Origin: an uncultured Syntrophomonadaceae bacterium
GTDB taxonomy: Bacteria > Bacillota > Dethiobacteria > DTU022
DNA length: 64,000 bases
Assembly (NCBI GenBank): GCA_964485855.1
Contig: CAZAKI010000003.1
Span: 26,096 to 90,095 of the forward strand
Direction: 5' to 3'
Shown: piece after piece, positions 36,988 to 47,661 of the stretch
Layout: every line of letters begins with the position of its first letter
Position numbering within the stretch: the first letter of the stretch is position 1
The notes under the pieces: generated by a model
Seen by the model: the letters and a program-made list of their open reading frames with translations, nothing else
Database searches by the model: none
Told to the model about the DNA's origin: nothing
Position numbers and translations under genes: made by a program

Positions 36988-37215
36988 GTGAGCGTTGAAG
37001 CCAAAGTAAAAGCAATTATTTCCGATCAGTTGGAAGTAGCTGCTGATAAATTAACTATGGAAACTACCTTTGAAGATATTGATGCAGATTCGCTGGATAT
37101 CGTAGAGTTGGTGATGGCTCTTGAGGAAGAGTTTGATCTAGAAATCTCTGATCAAGAAATTGAGAATATAAAAACTGTTGGTGATGTGATCAAATATATT
37201 GAATCACAGGTCTAA
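36988..37215 (+). CDS. acpP: Acyl carrier protein
   Basis: DSL phosphopantetheine site ([18 protein letters not shown]). Confidence 0.9.
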   Translation: MSVEAKVKAIISDQLEVAADKLTMETTFEDIDADSLDIVELVMALEEEFDLEISDQEIENIKTVGDVIKYIESQV

Positions 37216-37423
37216 ATAAAGCTCGTTTTATGATGATCATCATCTTGATGGCGCTGTTTAGCAACCGGATTGTGTTTATAAGTTAGTGAAAAATAATGGT
37301 ATCAATATTTACAATTACTACCAATTAATCTAGGCAGCGGCCGTTAAGCTATATTTTTATGAATAGATTCAAATAAACCTGGAGATTCTAGAGTCATACT
37401 GCATTAATAGAAGAGGAAAATAT

Positions 37424-38119
37424 ATGTCCTGGCCGGATAAAATAAAAGAACTCCTGAATCTGTTGGGTTGGGAGGCAATCAATCTTTCCTATTATGAGCA
37501 GGCTTTAACCCACAGTTCATATGCTCATGAAAAAGGCCACCGACGAATTCATAATGAAAGGCTTGAGTTCCTGGGAGATGCCGTATTGGAACTGGTAGTC
37601 AGTGATTTCCTTTTCAAAAAGTATCCTCATTTACCTGAAGGTAAATTAACCAAGTTACGAGCCGACTTGGTTTGTGAAGTATCTTTGGCCCGTCTTGCTT
37701 ATGATTTACACTTAGGCCGATATCTACATCTGGGCAAAGGTGAAATATTTAGTGGTGGGCAAAGTCGTCCCTCCTTGCTGTCTGATTCAGTAGAAGCATT
37801 AATAGGAGCAAACTATCTCGATTTGGGAATGGAGAGATGCAGACTTAATGTTTTAAGTTTGCTTAAACCGTTATTACAGGATTTACAGGAAGGGGCTATT
37901 TGCCGTGATTACAAAACATTGCTCCAGGAATTCACGCAGGCTCGTTACGCTGTAACGCCCAGTTACAAAATAACTCGAGAAAGCGGCCCTGACCATGATA
38001 AGTTATTCGAGGCGGAAGTGGTCCTCTCATCAGAACCGGTTGGTACTGGTACAGGTCACAGTAAAAAGGAGGCGGAGCAGGCAGCAGCTAAAGAAGCCTG
38101 GATAAATCTAACAGCTTAA
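37424..38119 (+). CDS. rnc: Ribonuclease III
   Basis: RNase III signature ERLEFLGDAVL plus a C-terminal dsRBD. Confidence 0.9.
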   Translation: MSWPDKIKELLNLLGWEAINLSYYEQALTHSSYAHEKGHRRIHNERLEFLGDAVLELVVSDFLFKKYPHLPEGKLTKLRADLVCEVSLARLAYDLHLGRYLHLGKGEIFSGGQSRPSLLSDSVEALIGANYLDLGMERCRLNVLSLLKPLLQDLQEGAICRDYKTLLQEFTQARYAVTPSYKITRESGPDHDKLFEAEVVLSSEPVGTGTGHSKKEAEQAAAKEAWINLTA

Positions 38120-38171
38120 AGAGAATTCCTGCATCTATTATTTATTATGGGAGGAGCATTTATTAAGGAAG

Positions 38172-38432
38172 ATGGAAACCTTAAAGGTGTCAGCTCATTC
38201 CAAGACAAAAGCTTTGGCCGGAGCCCTGGCAGCAGTAATCAGATCCGAAGGAACAGTTGAATTGCAGGCAATTGGAGCGGGAGCAGTTAACCAGGCGGTA
38301 AAAGCTATAGCCATCGCCAGAGGCTATGTTGCTCCAAATGGTTTTAACCTAGTTTTAATTCCTTCCTTTGTTGAAATTATCATTGACAATGAAGAGCGAA
38401 CGGCAATTAAGTTTAGAGTGGAATCAAGATAA
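38172..38432 (+). CDS. spoVS: Stage V sporulation protein S
   Basis: 86 aa, near-identical along its length to Bacillus SpoVS (METLKVSAHS…IQAIGAGAVNQAVKAIAIARGYVAPNG…EERTAIK). Confidence 0.9.
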   Translation: METLKVSAHSKTKALAGALAAVIRSEGTVELQAIGAGAVNQAVKAIAIARGYVAPNGFNLVLIPSFVEIIIDNEERTAIKFRVESR

Positions 38433-38534
38433 TGCCTGTATCTAGGTAGGGGCAGGAAAGTAATATTCTTGCCCCTACCTATAAATGATCACTATCCCCT
38501 AACCAATCACTAATTTAAGGCAAGGAGAATACTT

Positions 38535-41500
38535 TTGTATCTAAAAAGAATGGAATTATTTGGATTTAAGTCTTTCGCAGATAAATCCGAATTAGGTTTA
38601 CTCCCTGGAATTGCAGCTGTAATCGGTCCTAATGGTTGCGGAAAAAGTAATCTGGTGGATGCGGTACGCTGGGCGCTTGGCGAACAGAGTGTTAAGTCTT
38701 TACGTGGCAATAAAATGGAAGAAATTATATTTTCCGGTAGCGAAAACCGCAAAGCATTGAACTTTGCCGAAGTATCTCTGACCTTTGACGGCGCAGGTAA
38801 TTTTTTAAATTTGGATTATGATGAGATTACGATCACTAGGAGACTATTTCGCAATGGGGACAGTGAATATTATATTAATAAATCACCTTGTCGTTTAAAA
38901 GACATTACAGAAATGTTTATGGATACTGGATTGGGTAAAGATGTCTATTCTGTAATCGGGCAGGGTCGGGTTGATGAGATCATTAACAACAGACCGGAAG
39001 AGCGCAGGGAAATATTTGAAGAAGCTGCCGGCATTTTTAAATATAAATTACGCAAAAAAGAAGCAAGGCGTCGACTTGAAGAAACCAGAGAAAATCTGAT
39101 CAGGGTTCAGGACCTAATTTTTGAGTTAGATAATCAAGTTGAACCTCTACAAGAACAGGCTGAAGTAACCAGGCATTATCGTGATTTAAAGCAGCAAGTT
39201 CAAGCCGAAGAAAAAAAATTGCTTTCCTTTCAGTTACGCAAAACACAGGCTGATTTGGATAAAGTTAATCGCCAGTTGCAATCTGTTAATGATGCTTTAT
39301 TGTCAGCAGCAGCCCAGGGGGGGCAACGGGAGAAAGAACTGCAGGATTTAAAGAATAGGCTCTATGATTGTCAGCAATTAAAGAAAGAAAAAGAATCTGA
39401 ATACAATAATTTAGTGCGTACTCAGGAACAATTGCAATCAGAGATCAAGCTATTCTGTGAGCGGGAAAAACGATATAAAGAAAAAATTGAAGAGGATCGG
39501 CAGAATATTGCCAAGTTACAGGAGCTATCTTCAGAATATGCTGAACAGGTTTTGCAGGCCGAGAAAAAGCTTGCATTAAAGAAAACAGAGCTTACTAGTC
39601 TAGAAGAAGAGCTGCGCACTAACAGGGAATCCCTGGGCTTGCATGAAAAAAGTCCCCTGGCCCATGAAGCGGAAAAGATGCAGGAGATAATCTATAAAGC
39701 TACAGCCCGGCGGGAAGCTGCAGAAATGAGTTTGGCAGAGAACAAGCGTAGATTAGAAAAAATGAGAGAGCAAAAAGAACAAATTAATTCTGATCTTGAC
39801 AGCTTAAGGAAAAAGGATTTTGAACTGGCTAAAATGATTGACGATATGATTTTAGAGATAGCAGAGCTCAAAAAGCAATTAATTACACAAAGAGATCTAG
39901 AGGCAGCTGAAAGACTGGTAGAAGAACAATATAAAGAAGAGCTGAATTATTTTAGTACTGAGGCAAACAATCTTAAAGAAAAAGTTAACAGTATCCACAG
40001 TCGTTTGCAGCTCCTTGAAGAACAGGACCTTTCGCTTACCGGTTATTATCGGGGAGTTAAAGAATTAATGCAGGCTCGCTCACAATTGCCTGGGATCATC
40101 GGTCCCGTAGCTGATCTGATCGAAGTTGAAGCTCCTTATGTTCAGGCAGTAGAATCGGCGCTGGGTAGTAGCCTGCAGTATCTTATTGCTGAATCAGAAA
40201 GCGCGGTCAGGGAAGCAATTCAATTTTTGCGGGATAATAAAAAGGGTTGGGCAACATTCCTGCCACTGGATATTATCCATAAACCTGCTGAGCCAATGGA
40301 GCGTTTTTCCGATTGGCGAAATCAGTCAGGGGTAATTGGCAAAGCCTCTGAACTGATCAAGACAGATCCTGCGTACCGTAAGGCAACCGATTACCTGCTA
40401 GCACCAACTATAATTTGCCGGACTTTAGACGATGCCTTAAATGCTGCCCGTTTTGTCAAACATAGCTGCCGGATTGTTACCCTGGAGGGGGAAATGATTA
40501 ATCCTGGAGGAATAATCCGGGGAGGAAGCTTGCCGACCCGCAATGCCGGGATGCCCCTTGGAAGGCGGAAAGAGATCGATGTTTTAAAACAAGAATTAAA
40601 CATTATAAATCGCAACCTTCAAAATACAGTCAATAAAGTTGAAAGCCTGACCAAACGCCTAAACGAGCAGAAACAAAAAGTGATTAATATTACAATTCAA
40701 AACCGAAAGATTTCTGATCACCATGATTCTGTCACTCGGGATTCCGAAAAAGCCCAATTAGAACAAAACACTGTCCGGCAGCGCCTTGAATCATTAGTAG
40801 GATTAATAAAAAATAGCGAAGAAGAAAATAATGAAGTCCAAAAAAGACATCAGGAACTAACAGCTGAAATCGAGCATTCTGAACAGGAGATAGCCGGGGG
40901 AGAAAAAGAGCTGGCGGCGATTAAAGAAGATTACAAAAAGTATTTAGAGCAGAAAGAAGCACTTGAACAAAAAGTTACCAACGTTTTAATCCAAATCAGC
41001 ACCTGTCGGGAACAACATGAAAGTTTGGTAGAAAAGATTAACAACCTAATCTTATTAAAGCAAAAACCAGATTCAGAGTTAGTTAGTAGGGAAGAGGATT
41101 TAATAAAAGTTCAACATGAGCTGCAGGATAATGCAGAAGCAAAAAACCAGTTAAAACAGAAACTGGAAGAACTTGATCTTCATAAGGGCGAATTAATGAT
41201 TGAACTTGAAGGACTAAGCGGTCAGGCAAATTCTTTGGAAACTGAATTAATTGAATATGAAGAACAAGAGAGACTCGAACAGGGTCGGATTACAAGACAG
41301 GAGAAAAGAGAACGGCAGTTGTCATTGGATCAGGCCAGGTTGCAGGCTGAATTAAATTACCAGGAGATGCATTTTCGGGAACTCTTTAATTCTCTCACCC
41401 TTGTAGATACCGATCAAGAATACAATCCGGAATTCGGCAGAGAACAAATTGAAAACTTGCGTGAAGATCTGGAGGCTTTAGGTGAAGTTAATCTAGGCGC

Positions 41501-42095
41501 CATTGAGGAGCTGATCCGTCTAGAAGAGCGAATTAAGTTTCTCACTGATCAGAAAGATGATCTTCATCGTGGTGAAAAATCACTGAACAAAGTTCTGGCA
41601 GAGATAGATGAACGGATGGAATACTATTTTCTTGGTGCCTTTGAACAGATTAACCAAAACTTTATCAAAACATTTAATGAGCTGTTTGAAGGAGGTCAGG
41701 TATTGCTGAGGCTTACTGATGAAGAAAATATTTTGGAATCAGGAGTTGAAATCATTGCCCAGCCTCCTGGCAAGAAATTGCAGAATATTACCCTTTTATC
41801 AGCCGGCGAAAAAGTTTTAACAGCCATTGCCTTGGTATTTGCAATTCTTCGCTATAAACCGGCACCTTTTTATCTGATGGATGAAGTAGAATCAACCCTG
41901 GATGATGCCAATCTATCAAGGTTTACCAAGTTTTTAAAACAAAACTCAAAACAAGCCCAGTTTATCATGATTACCCACCGCCGAAGAACGATGGAAGAAG
42001 CAGGGGTTCTCTACGGAGTGACCATGCCGGAAGCGGGTATTTCACGGCTAATGTCACTAAGGCTTGAAGATTGTAAAATCGGCGAGGAGCAGTAA
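38535..42095 (+). CDS. smc: Chromosome segregation protein SMC
   Basis: 1186 aa with Walker A GPNGCGKSN, coiled coils, a hinge, and a C-terminal LSGGEK-like signature plus Walker B. Confidence 0.95.
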   Translation: MYLKRMELFGFKSFADKSELGLLPGIAAVIGPNGCGKSNLVDAVRWALGEQSVKSLRGNKMEEIIFSGSENRKALNFAEVSLTFDGAGNFLNLDYDEITITRRLFRNGDSEYYINKSPCRLKDITEMFMDTGLGKDVYSVIGQGRVDEIINNRPEERREIFEEAAGIFKYKLRKKEARRRLEETRENLIRVQDLIFELDNQVEPLQEQAEVTRHYRDLKQQVQAEEKKLLSFQLRKTQADLDKVNRQLQSVNDALLSAAAQGGQREKELQDLKNRLYDCQQLKKEKESEYNNLVRTQEQLQSEIKLFCEREKRYKEKIEEDRQNIAKLQELSSEYAEQVLQAEKKLALKKTELTSLEEELRTNRESLGLHEKSPLAHEAEKMQEIIYKATARREAAEMSLAENKRRLEKMREQKEQINSDLDSLRKKDFELAKMIDDMILEIAELKKQLITQRDLEAAERLVEEQYKEELNYFSTEANNLKEKVNSIHSRLQLLEEQDLSLTGYYRGVKELMQARSQLPGIIGPVADLIEVEAPYVQAVESALGSSLQYLIAESESAVREAIQFLRDNKKGWATFLPLDIIHKPAEPMERFSDWRNQSGVIGKASELIKTDPAYRKATDYLLAPTIICRTLDDALNAARFVKHSCRIVTLEGEMINPGGIIRGGSLPTRNAGMPLGRRKEIDVLKQELNIINRNLQNTVNKVESLTKRLNEQKQKVINITIQNRKISDHHDSVTRDSEKAQLEQNTVRQRLESLVGLIKNSEEENNEVQKRHQELTAEIEHSEQEIAGGEKELAAIKEDYKKYLEQKEALEQKVTNVLIQISTCREQHESLVEKINNLILLKQKPDSELVSREEDLIKVQHELQDNAEAKNQLKQKLEELDLHKGELMIELEGLSGQANSLETELIEYEEQERLEQGRITRQEKRERQLSLDQARLQAELNYQEMHFRELFNSLTLVDTDQEYNPEFGREQIENLREDLEALGEVNLGAIEELIRLEERIKFLTDQKDDLHRGEKSLNKVLAEIDERMEYYFLGAFEQINQNFIKTFNELFEGGQVLLRLTDEENILESGVEIIAQPPGKKLQNITLLSAGEKVLTAIALVFAILRYKPAPFYLMDEVESTLDDANLSRFTKFLKQNSKQAQFIMITHRRRTMEEAGVLYGVTMPEAGISRLMSLRLEDCKIGEEQ

Positions 42096-42101
42096 ATCTA
42101 G

Positions 42102-43007
42102 ATGAATCTTGTAGAAAAATTCCAAAACAGTCTTGCACGGACCCGTAGTGGTTTTGTAGAAAAGATTGATCAATTAATGACAGCAGGCGAATTGGATGAC
42201 AATTTTTATGAAGAATTGGAAGAAATTTTAATTTCAGGCGATGTTGGGGTCGAAACATCGCTGAAGCTTGTTAAAACGCTAAGAACCGATGCAGCTGTTC
42301 AACGAATCCGGAAGCGGGAAGATTTCAAGGTTCTTTTAATTAATACGATTACCGAATTGTTGACCGCAGACACTATAAACTTTTCTAGCAGTGCAAAGCC
42401 TTACCTGATTCTTTTGGTCGGGGTAAATGGTTCCGGGAAAACAACAACGGCAGCCAAACTGGCCGGAATTTACCGCAAAGAAGGTCGAAAAGTTTTACTT
42501 GTCGCCGGTGATACTTTTCGGGCTGCTGCTGTTGAACAGCTGGAAGTATGGTCGGAAAGAACAGGTGCTGATTTAATTAAGCAGAAAGCAGGATCTGATC
42601 CTTCAGCCCTTTACTATGATGCCATCAATGCCGCAAAATCACGTGACACTGAATTAATAATTGGCGATACTGCCGGCAGGTTACATAATAAGTATAACCT
42701 GATGGAAGAACTGAAAAAAATTTACCGGGTTATCGGTCGTAACCTTCCAGGAGCGCCGCACCAGGTGATTCTTGTTATTGATGCCACGACGGGCCAGAAT
42801 GCTCTAGTGCAAGCAAAAACCTTCAATCAAGCTTTGCCTTTATCCGGAGTGATCTTAACAAAGATCGACGGCACGGCTCGCGGGGGAATTATCTTGGCAA
42901 TCAAGGATAATCTAAACATTCCGGTGCTTTATTTGGGAACTGGGGAAACCATTGAAGACCTTACCCCATTTGAGGCTGCAGCTTTTACTCAGGCTCTCCT
43001 TCAATAG
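42102..43007 (+). CDS. ftsY: Signal recognition particle receptor FtsY (NG domain only)
   Basis: Motifs GVNGSGKTTT, DTAGR and TKIDGTARGG. Confidence 0.9.
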   Translation: MNLVEKFQNSLARTRSGFVEKIDQLMTAGELDDNFYEELEEILISGDVGVETSLKLVKTLRTDAAVQRIRKREDFKVLLINTITELLTADTINFSSSAKPYLILLVGVNGSGKTTTAAKLAGIYRKEGRKVLLVAGDTFRAAAVEQLEVWSERTGADLIKQKAGSDPSALYYDAINAAKSRDTELIIGDTAGRLHNKYNLMEELKKIYRVIGRNLPGAPHQVILVIDATTGQNALVQAKTFNQALPLSGVILTKIDGTARGGIILAIKDNLNIPVLYLGTGETIEDLTPFEAAAFTQALLQ

Positions 43008-43090
43008 ATTAAGCTGCCATGAAAAAAACAGGCCGGTTCCACCGGAGCCGGCCTCAATAAAACCTTAATTTTAATAATTAGATCTGGAAT

Positions 43091-43519
43091 TTACTTCTTT
43101 ACGACGAATGTTTTTGCCAGACGGTCACCTAAACGTTGTTTTTGCGGAGAAGTCCAGATGAATATCGCTCCGACTAGGTAAGCAAACAAGCCATCAATGA
43201 TCCGTAGCAAATTCCGGATCAGGGAAGCTGTCAGGGTAACAGGTGAACCGTCTTCCATCACTACCCGCATACCAAGAACCAATTTGCCCGGAGTTCCACC
43301 GAGATAAGTTTCCAATAACCAGTAATAAACAAAGCTGAGAAGAAAAAATAAAAAAGCAGGAGCGCCTTGTAACTCAAAGCCAGTTGCCGTTGTTCCGCCG
43401 GTTACCGCCGCCATCAGATAAGCAAGAATTCCAAGTAAAATGCCATCAATCAATACAGCCACAAACCGCAATCCAACTCCGACATTTCTTTCATAACCGA
43501 AAGATTCGCCATTTGCCAT
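43091..43519 (-). CDS. RDD family membrane protein
   Basis: RDD motif with 3 TM. The start was moved to the ATG at 43519, which has RBS agggagg. The ORF-track start at 43555 includes that RBS. Confidence 0.7.
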   Translation of the reverse strand: MANGESFGYERNVGVGLRFVAVLIDGILLGILAYLMAAVTGGTTATGFELQGAPAFLFFLLSFVYYWLLETYLGGTPGKLVLGMRVVMEDGSPVTLTASLIRNLLRIIDGLFAYLVGAIFIWTSPQKQRLGDRLAKTFVVKK

Positions 43520-43725
43520 GCGTACTACCTCCCTAGAAAATATGTTGACTTGCAAACGATAATTGAGTTATTACCTAATATTACCACTATTTGATCGATT
43601 ATGCAATATTTAAACTGTTTTCAGGGTTTCATTAACCTACAAACTTAAATCTAAAATAATTTGCAGATTGGAATGGATTCTGGTATACTTCCCCTGTTAA
43701 GTGTATTACCTTGACAGGAGCCCTT

Positions 43726-44073
43726 ATGCTCGAAGAACTAAACCGTATTAATATGCTTTTTGACATATATGCTTCATTGCTGACTGATCGGCAAAAGGAA
43801 GTGCTACAGCTATATTTTAGCGATAACTATTCCCTTGGGGAAATTGCCGGTGAATATAAAGTCAGCAGGCAGGCAATTTATGATCTGATCCAGAGGGCCT
43901 TAAATACTCTGGAAAAACTAGAAACCAAGCTTGGTCTCTATCAGCTTTTTAATCTTCAGCAGCAGCTATTAACAGCGGCTGACGCAATATTAAGCACTGG
44001 TTGTCCGAGTCAGGATCGGCTTAATCTGCTCAGGGCGATCATCAATGACTTAAGACAAAGTATCGAACAGTAG
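43726..44073 (+). CDS. ylxM: YlxM/UPF0122 putative DNA-binding protein (sigma-70 region 4-like), ffh-associated
   Basis: Conserved position upstream of ffh, with an HTH (LGEIAGEYKVSRQAIYD). Confidence 0.8.
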   Translation: MLEELNRINMLFDIYASLLTDRQKEVLQLYFSDNYSLGEIAGEYKVSRQAIYDLIQRALNTLEKLETKLGLYQLFNLQQQLLTAADAILSTGCPSQDRLNLLRAIINDLRQSIEQ

Positions 44074-44086
44074 GAGTAATCGAAAT

Positions 44087-45439
44087 ATGTTTTCAAATCT
44101 TGCTGAAAAATTACAAAATACATTGCGTCAATTAAGAGGCAGAGGTAAACTCGGTGAAAAAGATGTTGACGCAGCAATGCGTGAAATTAGGCTTGCTTTA
44201 CTTGAAGCAGATGTTAACTTTAAGGTGGTTAAAGAATTTGTAGCGATCATCCGCGAGCGGGCCGTTGGCAAAGAAGTAATGAGCAGCCTAACACCGGGGC
44301 AGCAGGTAGTGAAAATTGTAAACGAAGAGCTTACAAGATTGATGGGCGACAAACCAAGCCCTCTTAATTCTGCCAAAAATCGATCAAAGCTAATTATGCT
44401 TGCCGGTTTGCAGGGTTCGGGAAAAACTACCACGGCGGCAAAGCTGGCCTATCACTTGATGAAATCAGGGGCGAAACCCTTAATGGTTGCAGCGGATATT
44501 TACCGACCGGGGGCTATAAAACAGCTACAAATTCTTAGTGAATCATTAGGAGTAGCCTTTTTTACTAGTGCAGAAGAAAAGCCGGAGATAATTTGTCGGG
44601 AAGCAATTCGTCAGGCAGAAAAAGATGAACTGGATCTGGTTATCATTGATACAGCAGGCAGATTACATATTGATGATCAGATGATGGAGGAGCTCGTAAA
44701 GATTAAAGAAACTGTTAACCCTGAAGAGGTCTTGCTTGTTGTCGATGCTATGACCGGTCAGGACGCAGTTAATGCGGCAGAATCTTTTAATAAGGCCATT
44801 GGTATTACCGGGGTAGTGATGACCAAGCTTGATGGTGATACCCGCGGCGGGGCGGCTCTTTCTGTTCGTGCTGTAACGGGTTGTCCGATCAAGTTCATCG
44901 GTGTTGGTGAAAAGATCGATCAGCTCGAGCCATTTTACCCGGACCGCCTGGCTTCCAGAATTCTTGGTATGGGCGATATGTTGACTCTGATTGAAAAAGC
45001 AGAAGCGGTAGTTGATCAAAACAAAGCCAAAGATATTGAACAAAAGCTCAGAAAACAACAGTTTACTCTTGAAGATTTTAAGGATCAACTGATCCAGTTG
45101 CGCCGCATGGGTTCATTGGAAGATATCCTCAATATGCTGCCTGCAGGTGCCGGTATCCCGAAAGAAATGCGTCAAATGTCTTTAAATGAACAGAATTTTA
45201 AAAGGATCGAAGCAATCATTAATTCAATGACCAATAAAGAAAAAATTGATCCGGCAATGATTAATAGCAGCCGCAGGCGACGTATTGCCCAAGGTAGCGG
45301 TACCAGTGTTACAGAGGTTAACAAGTTACTTAGCCAGTTTGGACAAATGCAGAAAATGTTTAAAAACATGAGTGTTTTGGACCAAAAAGGACAGGTTAAG
45401 AAACTAAAGAAAAAGATGAAAAAAGGTTTCCCCTTTTAA
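44087..45439 (+). CDS. ffh: Signal recognition particle protein Ffh
   Basis: NG domain (GLQGSGKTTT) and a Met-rich M domain. Confidence 0.95.
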   Translation: MFSNLAEKLQNTLRQLRGRGKLGEKDVDAAMREIRLALLEADVNFKVVKEFVAIIRERAVGKEVMSSLTPGQQVVKIVNEELTRLMGDKPSPLNSAKNRSKLIMLAGLQGSGKTTTAAKLAYHLMKSGAKPLMVAADIYRPGAIKQLQILSESLGVAFFTSAEEKPEIICREAIRQAEKDELDLVIIDTAGRLHIDDQMMEELVKIKETVNPEEVLLVVDAMTGQDAVNAAESFNKAIGITGVVMTKLDGDTRGGAALSVRAVTGCPIKFIGVGEKIDQLEPFYPDRLASRILGMGDMLTLIEKAEAVVDQNKAKDIEQKLRKQQFTLEDFKDQLIQLRRMGSLEDILNMLPAGAGIPKEMRQMSLNEQNFKRIEAIINSMTNKEKIDPAMINSSRRRRIAQGSGTSVTEVNKLLSQFGQMQKMFKNMSVLDQKGQVKKLKKKMKKGFPF

Positions 45440-45484
45440 AAAATCTTATCTGAACTTACAATAAATTGTAATGGAGGTGAAAAA

Positions 45485-45727
45485 ATGGCAGTAAGAATCA
45501 GGTTAAAGCGAATGGGTGCTAAAAAGAAACCTTTTTATCGCATCGTGGTGGCAGATTCTCGTTCGCCTAGAGATGGACGCTTTATTGAAGAGATTGGCTT
45601 TTATAATCCCACCACAAAACCAACTACCTTCGAAGTTGATGCTGAAAAAGTAAAGCAATGGATTTCAAAAGGAGCAAAACCTTCTGATACAGTTAAAGCT
45701 CTGCTCGATAAAGCTGGACTGAACTAG
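45485..45727 (+). CDS. rpsP: 30S ribosomal protein S16
   Basis: [22 protein letters not shown]…. Confidence 0.95.
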   Translation: MAVRIRLKRMGAKKKPFYRIVVADSRSPRDGRFIEEIGFYNPTTKPTTFEVDAEKVKQWISKGAKPSDTVKALLDKAGLN

Positions 45728-45743
45728 CAGGACCAAGGGGAGG

Positions 45744-45983
45744 TTGGTAAGAATGAAGGAACTATTGGAGCATATTGCCAGGGCTATGGTCGATTATCCT
45801 GAGCAAGTAAGTGTGCACCAGGTTGACAGTGACAGACTAATAGTTCTTGAATTGAAAGTTGCTCCTGATGATATGGGCAAAGTTATCGGCAAACAGGGTC
45901 GAATTGCCAAGGCAATCAGAACTGTTGTCAGTGCAGCAGCTGTTAGGGAGAATAAACGAGTAGTTGTTGAGATTATCCAGTAA
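45744..45983 (+). CDS. KH domain RNA-binding protein (YlqC-like)
   Basis: GKVIGKQGRIAKAIR KH motif. Conserved between rpsP and rimM. Confidence 0.85.
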   Translation: MVRMKELLEHIARAMVDYPEQVSVHQVDSDRLIVLELKVAPDDMGKVIGKQGRIAKAIRTVVSAAAVRENKRVVVEIIQ

Positions 45984-45984
45984 A

Positions 45985-46497
45985 GTGAAAGAAGCTGTGA
46001 TTGGAATAGTAACAACACCTCATGGTGTTGATGGTGTGGTTAAAGTCTTTCCTTATACCGATTATCCGCAGCGGATAAAAAAACTTGACCTGGTCAGTCT
46101 GAAAAAAAAAGATTGGAAAAAAGAAATACAGATTGAAAAGGCTACTGTTTTTGGTCGGTTCTGGCTTATTAAGTTTGAGGGAGTCGATAACAGGAATGAA
46201 GCCGCTGCATTACGGGAATGTTTACTAACCATTCCACTTGAGCAAAGAGTTTCTTTACCAAAGGACTCTTATTTCCACGACCAGTTGATTGGATTAATGG
46301 TTGAAGACACTGGTGGCTGCAACTTAGGAATGATAGTAGATATAATCACTACTGGTGGGCATGACCAGCTTGTAATGGAATCGATTGATAAAAAGAAAAA
46401 AGTAATGATTCCGGCTGTAAAAAATTTTGTTCTAAATGTTGATCAAAAAAGAAAACGATTAACTGTAGCTTTGCCGGAAGGATTACTCGATCTTTAA
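45985..46497 (+). CDS. rimM: Ribosome maturation factor RimM
   Basis: A GTG start 1 nt after the YlqC stop gives MKEAVIGIVTTPHGVDGVVKV, matching RimM N-termini. The ORF-track start at 45964 overlaps YlqC. Confidence 0.8.
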   Translation: MKEAVIGIVTTPHGVDGVVKVFPYTDYPQRIKKLDLVSLKKKDWKKEIQIEKATVFGRFWLIKFEGVDNRNEAAALRECLLTIPLEQRVSLPKDSYFHDQLIGLMVEDTGGCNLGMIVDIITTGGHDQLVMESIDKKKKVMIPAVKNFVLNVDQKRKRLTVALPEGLLDL

Positions 46498-46512
46498 AAG
46501 GAGTCCACAGCC

Positions 46513-47247
46513 ATGAAGATCGATCTTCTCACTATTTTTCCGGCCTTGCTGGATGGGCCTTTCCGGGAAAGTATGATCAAGCGGGCTCAGGAGCAGAAAC
46601 TGGTAACGATTAATCTAATTGATCTGCGTACATATACAGATGATCGCCACCATCAGGTAGATGACGCTCCTTATGGCGGCGGGCATGGGATGATTCTTAA
46701 GCCGGAACCTTTGTTTTCTGCGGTGGAAGATTTGAAAACTAAAACTAAATCTGCTAAGGCAAAGGTAATTCTAATGACTCCTCAGGGGCGGCTGTTTAAT
46801 CAAACGCTGGCCCGTGAATTATCAGGCCTGGATCATATCATCCTTATCTGTGGTCGCTATGAAGGAGTCGATGAAAGAGTAAGGATCGCTTTAGTTGACG
46901 AAGAAATATCGATCGGTGATTATATTTTAACCGGTGGTGAGTTGGCTGCTGCCGTAGTGGTTGATGCCATAACTCGCTTGCTGCCCGGTTTTCTGGCAGA
47001 GGAAGCATCAACAAACGAATCATTTACCGAGGCTTTGCTTGAGCATCCTCACTATACCAGACCTGCGATCTTCCGTGATATGAAAGTTCCTCCGGTTCTT
47101 CTGTCAGGGAATCATGGGGAAATAGCAGCATGGCGCAGAAAGCAGTCTCTTAAAAGGACCTATGAACGCAGATCTGACTTGCTGAATGGAGTAAGATTAA
47201 GTAAAAATGATCTTGATTACTTGGATTCAATTAGCACTAAAGAATAG
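46513..47247 (+). CDS. trmD: tRNA (guanine37-N1)-methyltransferase
   Basis: SPOUT fold with the conserved ICGRYEGVDER motif. Confidence 0.95.
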   Translation: MKIDLLTIFPALLDGPFRESMIKRAQEQKLVTINLIDLRTYTDDRHHQVDDAPYGGGHGMILKPEPLFSAVEDLKTKTKSAKAKVILMTPQGRLFNQTLARELSGLDHIILICGRYEGVDERVRIALVDEEISIGDYILTGGELAAAVVVDAITRLLPGFLAEEASTNESFTEALLEHPHYTRPAIFRDMKVPPVLLSGNHGEIAAWRRKQSLKRTYERRSDLLNGVRLSKNDLDYLDSISTKE

Positions 47248-47297
47248 CAAACAGATTGCTTGTGTTATAATTACGCTGTGATTGAAGGAGGTTAAAG

Positions 47298-47645
47298 ATG
47301 ATGGATTTAATAAAAGAAGTTGAAAAGCGGAACCTGAAAGAAGGGTTGCCGCAGTTTAGCCCGGGGGATACCGTCAAGGTGCATGTTAAAGTGGTTGAAG
47401 GAGCTCGAGAACGAGTCCAGGTTTACGAAGGGGTTGTTATTGGTCGCCAGGGTAGTGGAGCGAGAGAAACTTTTACCGTCCGTCGGGTTACATTTGGTAT
47501 TGGTGTAGAAAGGATCTTTCCCGTTCATTCACCGTCGATCAGTAAAATCGAAGTTGTCAAGAGAGGTCGGGTCAGAAGAGCAAAACTTTACTATCTCAGA
47601 CAAAGAACAGGTAAAGCAGCCAGAATAAAAGAGAAACGACACTAA
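47298..47645 (+). CDS. rplS: 50S ribosomal protein L19
   Basis: Highly conserved L19 sequence. Confidence 0.95.
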   Translation: MMDLIKEVEKRNLKEGLPQFSPGDTVKVHVKVVEGARERVQVYEGVVIGRQGSGARETFTVRRVTFGIGVERIFPVHSPSISKIEVVKRGRVRRAKLYYLRQRTGKAARIKEKRH

Positions 47646-47661
47646 ACGGGGATGATCTGAT

